Part shown: one piece after another, positions 10,316-19,681 of the stretch | Position numbering within the stretch: the first letter of the stretch is position 1 | How the letters are laid out: each line of letters starts with the position of its first letter | Assembly (NCBI GenBank): GCA_964610995.1 | Contig: CAZSWF010000002.1 | Coordinates: forward strand, 6,338 to 70,337 | DNA length: 64,000 nt | DNA from: an uncultured Candidatus Saccharibacteria bacterium | Lineage (GTDB): Bacteria; Patescibacteriota; Minisyncoccia; Phycocordibacterales; UBA9973 | Direction of reading: 5' to 3' | Notes under the pieces: generated by a model | What the model was told of the DNA's origin: nothing | Databases searched by the model: none | What the model saw: only the letters and a program-made list of their open reading frames with translations | Translations under genes and position numbers: made by a program

Positions 10316-10657
10316 ATGCAGACAGACAACAACTACAAACCATTCCTGACCGCCCTTATTATCATTGGGATTATCATCATTATCATGCTCGCACGCCCAC
10401 ATGTAGGCCAGCAGCGTTCGTACTCTATGAACGGGTACAACCTCAGTGCGAGCGCGACTCGCTACATGCCCATAGAGCCCACACATGGCACCTACAGCGT
10501 GATCCGATACATCCCCGAGCGTCGTACTATACCGACCTCATACAACTACTCATACACAGACGGATACAGCACTGACACGAGCAGCGGGGTTATGTTCCCA
10601 GATGGATGCACGCTCACGAGTCCGTACAGTCTCACGACAGGACTGCCGTGTAGTTAA
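10316..10657 (+). CDS. membrane-anchored hypothetical protein
   Basis: N-terminal TM helix, C-terminal GC...YS.TTG.PC; terminator hairpin follows. Confidence 0.65.
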   Translation: MQTDNNYKPFLTALIIIGIIIIIMLARPHVGQQRSYSMNGYNLSASATRYMPIEPTHGTYSVIRYIPERRTIPTSYNYSYTDGYSTDTSSGVMFPDGCTLTSPYSLTTGLPCS

Positions 10658-10704
10658 ACAAAAAAACATCCCCGCGATATGCGGGGATGTTGTGTATTTT
10701 TACA

Positions 10705-11229
10705 TTAGACTCCTTGCAAGAATCCAGCGCAACTATTGGCATTGCCTGGCATAGTAAGCCCTACACCATAATCCCAACTTCCACTTGTACAGAAGAAAAG
10801 GAAATGCCGTTCACAGGTCCAAGTAGCAGTACCATATGTAATCGTGCCATTACCATTGACCTCACACCAAAATTTTTCTCTTCTCCTATTGAACAGTCCC
10901 GAGGTCTTTACGAGTGATTCTTGTGTACCGGTATCGATAGAAGTTGTTTCTTTTATTGGAGAAACTATTGGAGAAACTTGAGTTTCTGATGAAGGTTCTG
11001 TTTTATTTGGGCCAGCAGGATCAACTACAAGATCGGTTTTTTGAGGCAACAAAACTCCTCCCTTAGGTACAGTGGTACTATTATTAACAGCAGGACCAAT
11101 CCTTTGATTGGTACCTAGAGGTACAATTTTTGATGTCTGTGCTGGCTGAGGATCTATACCGCGACCAATACTCATTACAACTACCACAATAGCAAGTGTA
11201 GCGACACTTATTCCAATAATTTTCTTCAT
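10705..11229 (-). CDS. secreted hypothetical protein with Pro/Thr-rich linker and four C-terminal Cys
   Basis: signal-anchor N-terminus; 174-aa ORF. Confidence 0.6.
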   Translation of the reverse strand: MKKIIGISVATLAIVVVVMSIGRGIDPQPAQTSKIVPLGTNQRIGPAVNNSTTVPKGGVLLPQKTDLVVDPAGPNKTEPSSETQVSPIVSPIKETTSIDTGTQESLVKTSGLFNRRREKFWCEVNGNGTITYGTATWTCERHFLFFCTSGSWDYGVGLTMPGNANSCAGFLQGV

Positions 11230-11740
11230 TACTATAAATAATTACTTCTAATGCCCGTAGTATACTAGCAAAACGCATTTTGCCATAGAAAAACCCTTGC
11301 TTGGTAGCAAGGGCTAAGGGGTTGTAAAAACGATACGGAGTACCCTGTATCAATCTCATAATACGCTGATTGGAGAGATGTTGTAGTATCCACTTCTTTT
11401 TACTGAAAATGGTTTTCGATCGATATCGTACTACACCACTGACACCTTCGTATGAATAAATGATGTTTATACCATTTTTCAACAAAAACGTATCGAGTCT
11501 TTTGGGATCTTGGGTCACCCAAATATGCCTCCATGCACCAGTGGCTTGTACGGGGCTCAGAGCTATATCGTACCTGGTGGGAATCCCAGTCATAATACGC
11601 GGCAAGTCCTTGCTGATAGGAGTGCAATAGCTAACGTATGCAATGAAGCGTTCAGTTTTAGAAAGGGTAGATAGCCTTTGAGAGGTTCCGGTCTTGATCA
11701 TTCCACAAGCAGCAATCAAGAGGTACAAGAGTTTTTTCAT
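11084..11740 (-). CDS. secreted hypothetical protein; 3' end probably aberrant
   Basis: MKKLLYLLIAACG signal; reads through a terminator at 11289-11313 and overlaps the next gene. Confidence 0.4.
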   Translation of the reverse strand: MKKLLYLLIAACGMIKTGTSQRLSTLSKTERFIAYVSYCTPISKDLPRIMTGIPTRYDIALSPVQATGAWRHIWVTQDPKRLDTFLLKNGINIIYSYEGVSGVVRYRSKTIFSKKKWILQHLSNQRIMRLIQGTPYRFYNPLALATKQGFFYGKMRFASILRALEVIIYSNEENYWNKCRYTCYCGSCNEYWSRYRSSASTDIKNCTSRYQSKDWSCC

Positions 11741-11850
11741 GGCAATATTTTTAATGATGAAAATTGTTTTGTTTATACTAAAATAAATATGGACATATGT
11801 CAAGTTTGTGTTACTCTATACTTTTATACAAGCGTGATAAAATAAATAAC

Positions 11851-12519
11851 ATGAACATCCTCATCATTGATGATGACGCAGATATACGCTCGTATCTTTG
11901 CGAAGCATTTCTTGATGAAGGATTTATAGTTGATGAAGCTGCAGATGGTTATACTGGCCTACAAAAAGCTCGCATGTCTCAATATGACATCATCGTGCTC
12001 GACTACAACCTTCCACATAAAACAGGTGCAGATATTTGCACAGAAGTGCGCCGGACCAACACCACTACTCGCATTATCATGCTCTCGATTGTCGGCACTG
12101 TTCCTGTGAAAGTCGACTTGCTCAACAGTGGTGCTGATGACTACCTCACCAAGCCATTTGTGTTTAGTGAACTACTTGCACGAGTGCGTGCACTCTTGCG
12201 CAGACCAGAGAAACTCCAAGACCGTGTGCTCAATATGGGGACACTCACGCTCGACACCGATCGTCATCTCGTCACCAACAAAGATAAACAGATACTCCTG
12301 ACTCCCAAAGAATTTGCTCTTCTCGAATACTTTATGCGACATCCTGGACGCATACTCTCGCGTATGGCAATCCTCGAACATGTATGGGGAGTAAATGCAG
12401 ATCCATTTACCAATACCATAGAAACACATGTATTGAACTTGCGTCGCAAGCTCGGTGATCAAACAAATAAAGAAATTATCCACACGATACCTGGTGTCGG
12501 ATACAAGATAGTAGGGTAG
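11851..12519 (+). CDS. OmpR/PhoB-family response regulator
   Basis: ILIIDDD, VLD..LP, GADDYLTKPF, LTPKEF.LL, LRRKL, T.PGVGY. Confidence 0.95.
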   Translation: MNILIIDDDADIRSYLCEAFLDEGFIVDEAADGYTGLQKARMSQYDIIVLDYNLPHKTGADICTEVRRTNTTTRIIMLSIVGTVPVKVDLLNSGADDYLTKPFVFSELLARVRALLRRPEKLQDRVLNMGTLTLDTDRHLVTNKDKQILLTPKEFALLEYFMRHPGRILSRMAILEHVWGVNADPFTNTIETHVLNLRRKLGDQTNKEIIHTIPGVGYKIVG

Positions 12520-12546
12520 TAGTGCGCTATACTATAGAGATAGAGG

Positions 12547-13332
12547 ATGCTCGAGTCCCGAGTATGGTCCATGCGCTCCAAAAAACAGGTGCCGGCACAC
12601 AGCCAGCACATCCATCAACTTGAAAAGATTCGCGAGTTGTATAGATTCGCAGAGTTTGGCCGACTATCGTCTGGTCTTTTTCATGACATCATCAACCCGT
12701 TGACTGCTGTGTTGTTAAACATAGAACAAGCTCGCTCGAACCACCACAACCTTACAAAGGTCAAGAAGTGTCTCGACCAGGCATGCGGTGCGGCGCATCA
12801 TATGGAGCGATTTATTGTTGCGATCAAGCACCAACTCCACGACGAGAAAACACTCGCATACTTTTGCCCATGTACAGAGATCAGATCGGTCGGAGACATT
12901 CTCTCGCACAAAGCTCGTCTCGCGGGTGTGCGACTATCGTTTTCATTGACGGCTACCACACCACTCTATGGCAGTACTACACATTGGACACAGATCATGC
13001 TCAACCTCATCAGTAACGCGATCGATGCATACGACGACTCTGATCAGAAAAAACGACAACGTGTCGTCAGTGTCACGTGTACCAGTGTTGATGCCATGCT
13101 CGAGTGCACGGTATCCGATCATGGTGTAGGTATCGCACGATGTCATTTGCGCAAAATATTTGATGCATTTTTCAGTACGAAAATAACCTGCATGGACAAG
13201 GGGACAGGGGTAGGGCTGTCTATCGCCAAAGACTTGGTAGAAAAAGAGTTTGGTGGCACGATCACCGTACAGAGTGTGCGACGGTATGGCACGACGTTTA
13301 CCGTGAGCATACCGATACTCCGGAAACTTTAG
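12547..13332 (+). CDS. cytoplasmic histidine kinase (HisKA + HATPase, no sensor domain)
   Basis: HDIINPL H-box, NLISNAIDA N-box, DHGVGI, FFSTK, GTGVGL. Confidence 0.9.
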   Translation: MLESRVWSMRSKKQVPAHSQHIHQLEKIRELYRFAEFGRLSSGLFHDIINPLTAVLLNIEQARSNHHNLTKVKKCLDQACGAAHHMERFIVAIKHQLHDEKTLAYFCPCTEIRSVGDILSHKARLAGVRLSFSLTATTPLYGSTTHWTQIMLNLISNAIDAYDDSDQKKRQRVVSVTCTSVDAMLECTVSDHGVGIARCHLRKIFDAFFSTKITCMDKGTGVGLSIAKDLVEKEFGGTITVQSVRRYGTTFTVSIPILRKL

Positions 13333-13389
13333 GAAATCTTTATTTTTTATTTATCGTATCTTTATACACGGTGGCTATACTACCACCAT

Positions 13390-13545
13390 ATGCATCACCA
13401 CGATCTCTACGACTATCGTTGTACGTGCGGCAAACTCTTGTGCAAGGGCGCAATCATCCAAGGCATCGTCGAGGTCAAATGTAAACATTGCCACGAAGTC
13501 ATGCGGTTTTCGGGAACAACAAGGACGCCATATCCGGTATATTGA
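13390..13545 (+). CDS. Mu Com-like zinc-ribbon small protein (51 aa, missed by the ORF track)
   Basis: MHHHDLYDYRCTCGKLLCKGAIIQGIVEVKCKHCHEVMRF...; TATACT -10 at 13376-13381. Confidence 0.75.
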   Translation: MHHHDLYDYRCTCGKLLCKGAIIQGIVEVKCKHCHEVMRFSGTTRTPYPVY

Positions 13546-13601
13546 CTTTATCTACTTTTTATGTACAATATAGGCAAACAAACCCCTTAAACTTTTTACG
13601 T

Positions 13602-13982
13602 ATGGCTCTTTTATTGAAAGAAATTACAACAGAGAGAATCTCTAAACAACAGTTTACAAAGTACCTCAAAAATGAATTACTTCCTTGTGAGGAACACGCC
13701 TGGTGCCGACAGCAAGCGCAAGAAATCTTTGCCATGTTTGGCCCACACTTTTGTGTACATGTTGCATGTGTCTTAACGCATGGCGTACAGATCGAAAGGT
13801 TTGGCATCGTACACAAAGCACTCAAGAGGGTATACTTCAAGCACAACCTTGATCATCTGAATGTGTACAGGTTAGATACACGCCACATCGAACTCATCAG
13901 AAAAGAGCTGCAAATTTGTGCAGCAGGATTTGAAACAAAAACAAAGCAAAGAAAAGAGATGCCAGCTAAACAAGTAGCTTAA
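13602..13982 (+). CDS. ORFan hypothetical protein
   Basis: own promoter 13542-13569 and downstream GC hairpin terminator. Confidence 0.6.
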   Translation: MALLLKEITTERISKQQFTKYLKNELLPCEEHAWCRQQAQEIFAMFGPHFCVHVACVLTHGVQIERFGIVHKALKRVYFKHNLDHLNVYRLDTRHIELIRKELQICAAGFETKTKQRKEMPAKQVA

Positions 13983-14139
13983 GTATCACAACAAAAGAGA
14001 ACTGGCCCCGCATGTAGATGCGGGGTTTTTAATATGTAGAATGTACTCCCTATATAGTGTCGTAAAAGATATATTGTGCGACGTTAATAGCATAGAGAGG
14101 AAGGGCCGACAAAGCCCTTCTCCCTCTCTGTTTACAGAT

Positions 14140-15027
14140 CTACTTTTGATATTGTGCTAAACACGTATTGAACCCAGAAACTTGTGTATTGTACTGTTTG
14201 ATTTGTTCTTGTGAGATAACAAGGGTAGTGTTGTACTCTGACACAAGCTTGTTGAAAGCTTCGACCTCTCTTCGGTACTCTTCCCCGCCGGGGTGCCCAG
14301 GAGTTTCGAGACGAGCCTTTTCAGTTACTATTTGTACTTGTCGAGCTTTAAGATCAGCATTCATTGCATCAATTTTTTTCTTGAGTACCGGATCAATCAA
14401 CGGACACGCGTTTCGTCCAGTACCAAAGTGCTGCACTGCAAACCATACCTCACGACCTTGATATTGCGCTTTGACTGCGTACACTCCTATTTCCTGATAA
14501 TTAGGATTGAGAATATTGGCACGGTGCCCCGGACTCTGCATCCACGCTTTGACAACATCAGTACTCTCTTCAAACACACCAAGTGCGAGATTTTCACCCA
14601 TTACCACATACTCATACCCAGCATCTCTTCCCAAATCTGAAACACTTTTACCTGATGGTGAATCATGTTCAAAGTATTGCTTGTCAATCATATCGTTGGT
14701 TTTCACTAATGCAGACGTTTCAAGTTTGACGTTGATCTGTAGCGGCAAAAGCCCAGCATTGATACGCTCAATATTGGTCGCATCAACAATTCCACTACTC
14801 GTGATGGCGTCCGTGTCGCGAACGTTGGTATGTATGATTCCCAGAGGTGCAATACTCTGCACATATGAACTTATAGACCTTGGAACAAGTGGAGAGGCAC
14901 TTTCTTTTTGTATAATAGAATCGAGTACTTGATTCGCAAATTTAGTACTAACGTCGGGAACTACCAACGTGACAAGGAGCATCACGATTGCACTACCGAT
15001 GAAAATGTTACTGAATGTCTTGTACAT
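14140..15027 (-). CDS. CAP/SCP-domain secreted protein
   Basis: YFEHDSP, GENLA, WMQSPGHRANIL, AVQHFG. Confidence 0.88.
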   Translation of the reverse strand: MYKTFSNIFIGSAIVMLLVTLVVPDVSTKFANQVLDSIIQKESASPLVPRSISSYVQSIAPLGIIHTNVRDTDAITSSGIVDATNIERINAGLLPLQINVKLETSALVKTNDMIDKQYFEHDSPSGKSVSDLGRDAGYEYVVMGENLALGVFEESTDVVKAWMQSPGHRANILNPNYQEIGVYAVKAQYQGREVWFAVQHFGTGRNACPLIDPVLKKKIDAMNADLKARQVQIVTEKARLETPGHPGGEEYRREVEAFNKLVSEYNTTLVISQEQIKQYNTQVSGFNTCLAQYQK

Positions 15028-15028
15028 G

Positions 15029-15427
15029 TTAGCAGTTTGCAGGTGTATACCCCTGCAGCGTAGCATCTTCTATCGTCTGAAACCAGATACGATTTTCCGG
15101 CTTGATACGTTGGAGGCCGGCACAATCCGGGGTGTAGTATTTAGTACCATTTTTAGAACCCGCAAAGGCTCCTTGGGGTGTATCTGAAGAGGTTGTAGTC
15201 GTACCAGAAGGGGTCGTAGCTCCCAGTACCGCCCCTTTCCCTAGTTTTTCTACTGGTATAGTAAGACTAGAAACAACCTCTGGAGCGCAGCGCAACTCTA
15301 TACCACTCTGTGCCCTCTTGTCACCAAAACTGCCGTATAACATTCCACAATAAAAAGCCAATCCGGCAATAGAGAGGATCAGTACTACAAAAAAGGGTTG
15401 ATAATACTTGGTCAAAAAGGCTTGCAT
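15029..15427 (-). CDS. membrane-anchored protein with Ada metal-binding-like C-terminal domain
   Basis: GSKNGTKYY..DC...RIKPENRIWF...A..GY.PA.C. Confidence 0.7.
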   Translation of the reverse strand: MQAFLTKYYQPFFVVLILSIAGLAFYCGMLYGSFGDKRAQSGIELRCAPEVVSSLTIPVEKLGKGAVLGATTPSGTTTTSSDTPQGAFAGSKNGTKYYTPDCAGLQRIKPENRIWFQTIEDATLQGYTPANC

Positions 15428-15505
15428 ACTGTACCTGCTAGTATACCCTACCCTTCTAAAGAGTGCATTGACAGGAAGGCGTATTGTAGGGTAAGATAGG
15501 CACCT

Positions 15506-15784
15506 ATGGCACATAAGAAAGCCCAAGGAGCAGCAAAAAACCTTACGGATTCAAACCCGCAATATCTCGGTACTAAACTCTATGATGGCCAGTTTGCAAC
15601 AGCTGGTTCTATCATCGTGCGTCAGCGTGGCACCAAAATCCTCGCGGGTACCGCAGTAGGTATTGGGAAAGATCACACTCTCTACGCACTCAAGGATGGC
15701 ACTGTGAAGTTCAGTAGCAAGCGCAAACAAAACTTCAACGGTACTACCTCTGTTCGCAAAGCTGCAAACATTATCGAGCAATAA
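15506..15784 (+). CDS. rpmA: 50S ribosomal protein L27
   Basis: [25 protein letters not shown]. Confidence 0.97.
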   Translation: MAHKKAQGAAKNLTDSNPQYLGTKLYDGQFATAGSIIVRQRGTKILAGTAVGIGKDHTLYALKDGTVKFSSKRKQNFNGTTSVRKAANIIEQ

Positions 15785-15807
15785 CATACATCCCTCACAT
15801 GAGGGAT

Positions 15808-16254
15808 TTATTGTTGGACTATATCTATAGTAAATGTAGAGTGGTAGCCGTCATCAGCGACATCAATACGGTACTGCCCTACTTTCTTGATCGGACCGTT
15901 CTGTACCGTCATAAGCTTGGGATCAAGTGAGATACGGTGCGCGGACATAAGGTAGGCTGCAACGTCGCTCGTATCTATTTTTGAAAACAAGTTACCTTGA
16001 TCGTTGGCCTTGACCGGCATAGTAACAGCAAGGTCTCGCACGGTGTTGATAGCTTCATCAAGTAGCTTGTGGTGCAGAGCTCGCTCACTGACCATGCTTG
16101 CCTGACGACGTTTGAGCTCACCAAGCGCTTTTTCGGTAGCAAGAATTGCAAGTTTTTTTGGAAAAAGTGAATGCTCAGCATAGCCTTGTGCGACATCGAC
16201 AACGTCATACTTTTTACCTACTTTTTGTACATTTTGTTTAAGAATAACTTTCAT
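15808..16254 (-). CDS. rplI: 50S ribosomal protein L9
   Basis: MKVIL..V..VGK...V..GYA..LFP, G.LF.I, IKKVG.Y. Confidence 0.93.
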   Translation of the reverse strand: MKVILKQNVQKVGKKYDVVDVAQGYAEHSLFPKKLAILATEKALGELKRRQASMVSERALHHKLLDEAINTVRDLAVTMPVKANDQGNLFSKIDTSDVAAYLMSAHRISLDPKLMTVQNGPIKKVGQYRIDVADDGYHSTFTIDIVQQ

Positions 16255-16266
16255 ACAAGTGCTTAA

Positions 16267-17487
16267 CTATTTCTTAAAAAGTTCAATTGCTTTTTCTAGT
16301 TGAATATCACGATCATCCGTAGTTTCAGTAAATGGAATTTTTACACTCGGAGTAAGTCCACTATCAGAAATAGAAACACCTTGTGGGGTATACCATTTTG
16401 CAACAGTGATCTTGAGCGAGGTGTCTTTGGTGAGCTTGACCACTTCTTGGACCGATCCTTTGCCATATGTTTGTTCTCCAGCTAGTATACCGATCCCTTG
16501 TTCAGAGAGTGCCCCTGCAAGAATCTCCGACGCAGATGCAGAGCCCTTGTCGACCAAAACAACTAGCTTTGATCCTTTTGGAAAGAGAATTGGCCCCTTG
16601 CTTGTGTGCACAGAAACATCAGTTTCAGTTTTACCAATCTCTTTGACAATTACTTGCCCCTCAGGAATAAACCATCCAGCAATAGTAACTGCTGCATCGA
16701 GGTATCCTCCAGGGTTGCCACGTAAATCAAGCACAAGATTTGTGTACCCAGAGTTACGATACTCACGAAGCGCATCATAAAAAAGTTGTGGTGACTGCGC
16801 AGAGAAGTTGTACAAATGAATAACAAACGTCTGAGTGTCTGCGCGCTGCTCAGTGTCTACGGTGGGCAAATCAATGTTTTCTCGGGTCACTGTAAACACG
16901 CGAGGCGCCGGAAGTCCTTCACGGACAATAGTCAGATCGACAGTTGTCCCCGCCTTGCCCCTGATCAATGAAATTGCCTTATCGATACCAAGCTCGTTGG
17001 TACTCGTCTCTCCAATCGCAATGATCTTGTCGGCTGCACGCAACCCTGCCCGTTCTGCGGGGGTATCTTTCAGTGGAGCAATAATGGTTAACACGCCATC
17101 CTTCTCCCCTATTTCGATACCGATACCATCAAACGTGCCTGCGATTTCTGACTCAAAAATCTCATTTTCTGAAGGAGTAAAAAAAGTGGTGTACGGATCA
17201 TCAAATGACGCGAGCATACCCTTGATTGCACCGTATACACGGTCCTGGGCACTAGTCTCGTCTGCATCGGCAAGCTTTTCATCCACCACAGCCCATGCCT
17301 TCCAGAATGGATCAAAGTCGGTGGTCTGTGCCACGAGTGAGTCTTTGTGGATCACTGAGGTTATACGCTGTGCGATGGGACGATTCTCATAGCCTACATA
17401 TACACCGACGAAAAAAAGTACTCCTCCTAAAAGAAGTGTTTTAACCATCTGTAGTGCTCGAGCTTTTTTGTTAGATTGTTGTTCCAT
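16267..17487 (-). CDS. S41 C-terminal processing protease (CtpA-like, PDZ)
   Basis: DPYT, GIGIEI, LDLRGNPGG, SASASEI, TYGKGSVQ. Confidence 0.93.
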   Translation of the reverse strand: MEQQSNKKARALQMVKTLLLGGVLFFVGVYVGYENRPIAQRITSVIHKDSLVAQTTDFDPFWKAWAVVDEKLADADETSAQDRVYGAIKGMLASFDDPYTTFFTPSENEIFESEIAGTFDGIGIEIGEKDGVLTIIAPLKDTPAERAGLRAADKIIAIGETSTNELGIDKAISLIRGKAGTTVDLTIVREGLPAPRVFTVTRENIDLPTVDTEQRADTQTFVIHLYNFSAQSPQLFYDALREYRNSGYTNLVLDLRGNPGGYLDAAVTIAGWFIPEGQVIVKEIGKTETDVSVHTSKGPILFPKGSKLVVLVDKGSASASEILAGALSEQGIGILAGEQTYGKGSVQEVVKLTKDTSLKITVAKWYTPQGVSISDSGLTPSVKIPFTETTDDRDIQLEKAIELFKK

Positions 17488-17704
17488 GAATACTCTCATC
17501 AGTAGGTGCTAGAGGCTGTGGTGCACCTTGGCGGAGCTCAAATCGTAGCTTCTTGTATGCGTATCTAAGTCGAAATGTCAGAATAATCAGGAGTATTCCA
17601 ATCCCTATAGTAAGTGCTGTCTTGATAACATCTACAACACCAAAAAATGGGAGGAATAACAATACAATCCCGATCCAAAGTAGTAGCCGTAATTTTCCAA
17701 CCAT
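17471..17704 (-). CDS. small two-TM membrane protein
   Basis: two hydrophobic segments; leaderless TATACT promoter. Confidence 0.6.
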   Translation of the reverse strand: MVGKLRLLLWIGIVLLFLPFFGVVDVIKTALTIGIGILLIILTFRLRYAYKKLRFELRQGAPQPLAPTDESIHGTTI

Positions 17705-17725
17705 GGCCTCTAGTATACCAAAAAG

Positions 17726-18418
17726 TCAGGCGCTGTGGTAGTTCGGTGCAACCACTACTACAAACTCCCCTTTGACCTTGTCTGGATGCTCGGTGTAGTA
17801 TGCCAAAAGTTCGGCGGCAGTACCTCGCGGGTATTCTTCAAATGCTTTAGTCATCTCTCGCCCGATCATGAGCTGGCGAGCACCAAGTACATCTTTCAGG
17901 GCTTCCAATGTCTTCAAGACCCGGTGCGGTGATTCATAAAAAATGACCGTATGCTCAGTTTCTGCAATGTGTGCAAAGAGTGTCTGTCTCCCCTTCTTGT
18001 GTGGAATAAACCCCAAAAATTCAAAATGATTTCCAGGAAATCCTGATACAGAAAGTGCCGATACTACAGCTGATGCACCAGGTATTGGTACGATAGTTGC
18101 CTCTGGATATTTCTTGCGAAATTCGTCAATAAACAATGAGCCCGGATCAGATATCGCCGGAGTACCTGCATCTGTAACAAGTACCATAAATTCGTGTTCA
18201 GCGCATCGCTCCAATGCTTTGATTACCGCGGTGTCACTGCTCTGTGCGTGAGACGAAACGAACTCTTTTTTCCCTTGTATTTCTAAAAGCTTAAACAGTT
18301 GTCCTGTCGTACGTGTGTCTTCTGCAAGAACTAGTGTGGCCTGTTCAAGCACCTCCTTTGCCCGAAGTGTTATATCTTTGAGGTTCCCTATTGGAGTTGC
18401 GACAACAGAGAGAATCAT
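17726..18418 (-). CDS. rsmI: 16S rRNA (C1402) 2'-O-methyltransferase
   Basis: VVATPIGNL.DITLRA, AEDTR, DAGTPAISDPG, FYESPHR, REMTK.FEE. Confidence 0.95.
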   Translation of the reverse strand: MILSVVATPIGNLKDITLRAKEVLEQATLVLAEDTRTTGQLFKLLEIQGKKEFVSSHAQSSDTAVIKALERCAEHEFMVLVTDAGTPAISDPGSLFIDEFRKKYPEATIVPIPGASAVVSALSVSGFPGNHFEFLGFIPHKKGRQTLFAHIAETEHTVIFYESPHRVLKTLEALKDVLGARQLMIGREMTKAFEEYPRGTAAELLAYYTEHPDKVKGEFVVVVAPNYHSA

Positions 18419-18419
18419 G

Positions 18420-18491
18420 TGCGTGTACATGGAATCGAACCATGGACCTCTGTCTTATCAGGACAGCGTTCTACCACTGAACTATACACGC
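18420..18491 (-). tRNA. tRNA-Ile(GAT), CCA not encoded
   Basis: acceptor GCGTGTA/TACACGC, anticodon arm CTGTC-CTGATAA-GACAG, GGTTCGATTCC T-arm. Confidence 0.93.
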
Positions 18492-18530
18492 GTGGTGGCA
18501 TTACTATATCAAATTTTCAAGTTTTTTCAA

Positions 18531-18637
18531 GCATCAGACACTGTGCGAGTTGCCGTCTTGCGCAGGGCGTCTGGCCCGAGCAGGAGCAAAATTTCACCAG
18601 AAATTTATGCGACGGCAAGGCGTACAGTGCCTGATGC
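18531..18637. repeat. structured intergenic palindrome, copy 1 (shared 53-nt core at 18561-18613)
   Basis: long imperfect terminal stem; core is 42/53 identical to the reverse complement of 39887-39939. Confidence 0.75.
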
Positions 18638-18640
18638 AAA

Positions 18641-19576
18641 TCATTCTTCTTCTGCCTCCCCTACTTCTCCTGCCTGCATCGCATCGATCATCTTGTCGAT
18701 TTTGCCGAGCATGATGCCTTCGATGTTGGAGAAATTTTGACGGATGCGGTGATCGGTGACACGGTCTTGGGGGAAGTTGTAGGTGCGGATCTTCTCAGAA
18801 CGATCAGCAGTACCAATCTGGTTCTTGCGGTCCCCTGAATACTTTGCAGCTTCTTCCTCTTCCTTGAGCTGCTGGAGCTTGGCAGTGAGGATCATGAGTG
18901 CCTTCTCTCTGTTGTCTACCTGAGATCGCTCTGCAGTACTACGCACGTCGATACCGGTAGGCTTGTGAATGAGACGCACTGCCGTCTCAACTTTGTTGAC
19001 GTTTTGTCCGCCAGCTCCCCCTGAGCGTGAGTACTCCATTTCGAGGTCTGATGGATTGATCACAAACTTCACTTTTTTACGAATCGGAAGAATCGCGATC
19101 GATGCAGTCGAAGTGTGGATGCGACCCATTTTCTCGGTGACTGGTACACGCTGTACGCGATGCACCCCTGTCTCAAAGCGCAGGAGTTTGTATACATCAG
19201 TACCTTTGATCTCGAGCGTATAGTCATCTAGATGCTTACTCTTCCATCCACGTGCATCTGCAAACCGCTCGTACATCGCGACAAGCTCAGTAGCAAATAA
19301 CGCTGCCTCATCTCCTCCGGCACCAGCACGGGCCTCAAGAATGATCTCGTTTGGAAACTCTTCTTCTTCCTTTTCACTTTCTTCGATCGCCTTGACTTGG
19401 TCTTCAATCGCAGTCTTTTGGACAGTGAGTGCTACTAGTTCATCAGCTGCAATATCGTTCATCGACGGATCACTCTCGATCATCGCCCGAACTTCTTGCT
19501 CCTGCTTCAAAAGACGCTCGTATTCAGATGCGAGGTATTGGGTTTTGTGATTCTTTTTTAATTCTTCGAGATTCAT
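18641..19576 (-). CDS. prfA: peptide chain release factor 1 (short form)
   Basis: [12 protein letters not shown] (PxT), [24 protein letters not shown]. Confidence 0.93.
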   Translation of the reverse strand: MNLEELKKNHKTQYLASEYERLLKQEQEVRAMIESDPSMNDIAADELVALTVQKTAIEDQVKAIEESEKEEEEFPNEIILEARAGAGGDEAALFATELVAMYERFADARGWKSKHLDDYTLEIKGTDVYKLLRFETGVHRVQRVPVTEKMGRIHTSTASIAILPIRKKVKFVINPSDLEMEYSRSGGAGGQNVNKVETAVRLIHKPTGIDVRSTAERSQVDNREKALMILTAKLQQLKEEEEAAKYSGDRKNQIGTADRSEKIRTYNFPQDRVTDHRIRQNFSNIEGIMLGKIDKMIDAMQAGEVGEAEEE

Positions 19577-19586
19577 AAAGTGCTCT

Positions 19587-19674
19587 GCAAATCGAGGCGA
19601 GGATATGTATTTTTGGAGAACTGTTTGAGCGAAGCGAGTTTTCAGAGAAAATATATATTCTCGGCGAGGTTTGC
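19587..19674. repeat. REP-like imperfect palindrome
   Basis: CGAGGATATGTATTTTT/GAAAATATATATTCTCG stem enclosing TGTTTGAGCGAAGCGAGTT. Confidence 0.55.
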
Positions 19675-19681
19675 TCTTACA

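Noticed and set aside
12476-12484. DnaA box TTATCCACA, or an oriC in the window
   Set aside because: Single box inside a coding region; the three boxes seen are far apart and there is no dnaA or box cluster.
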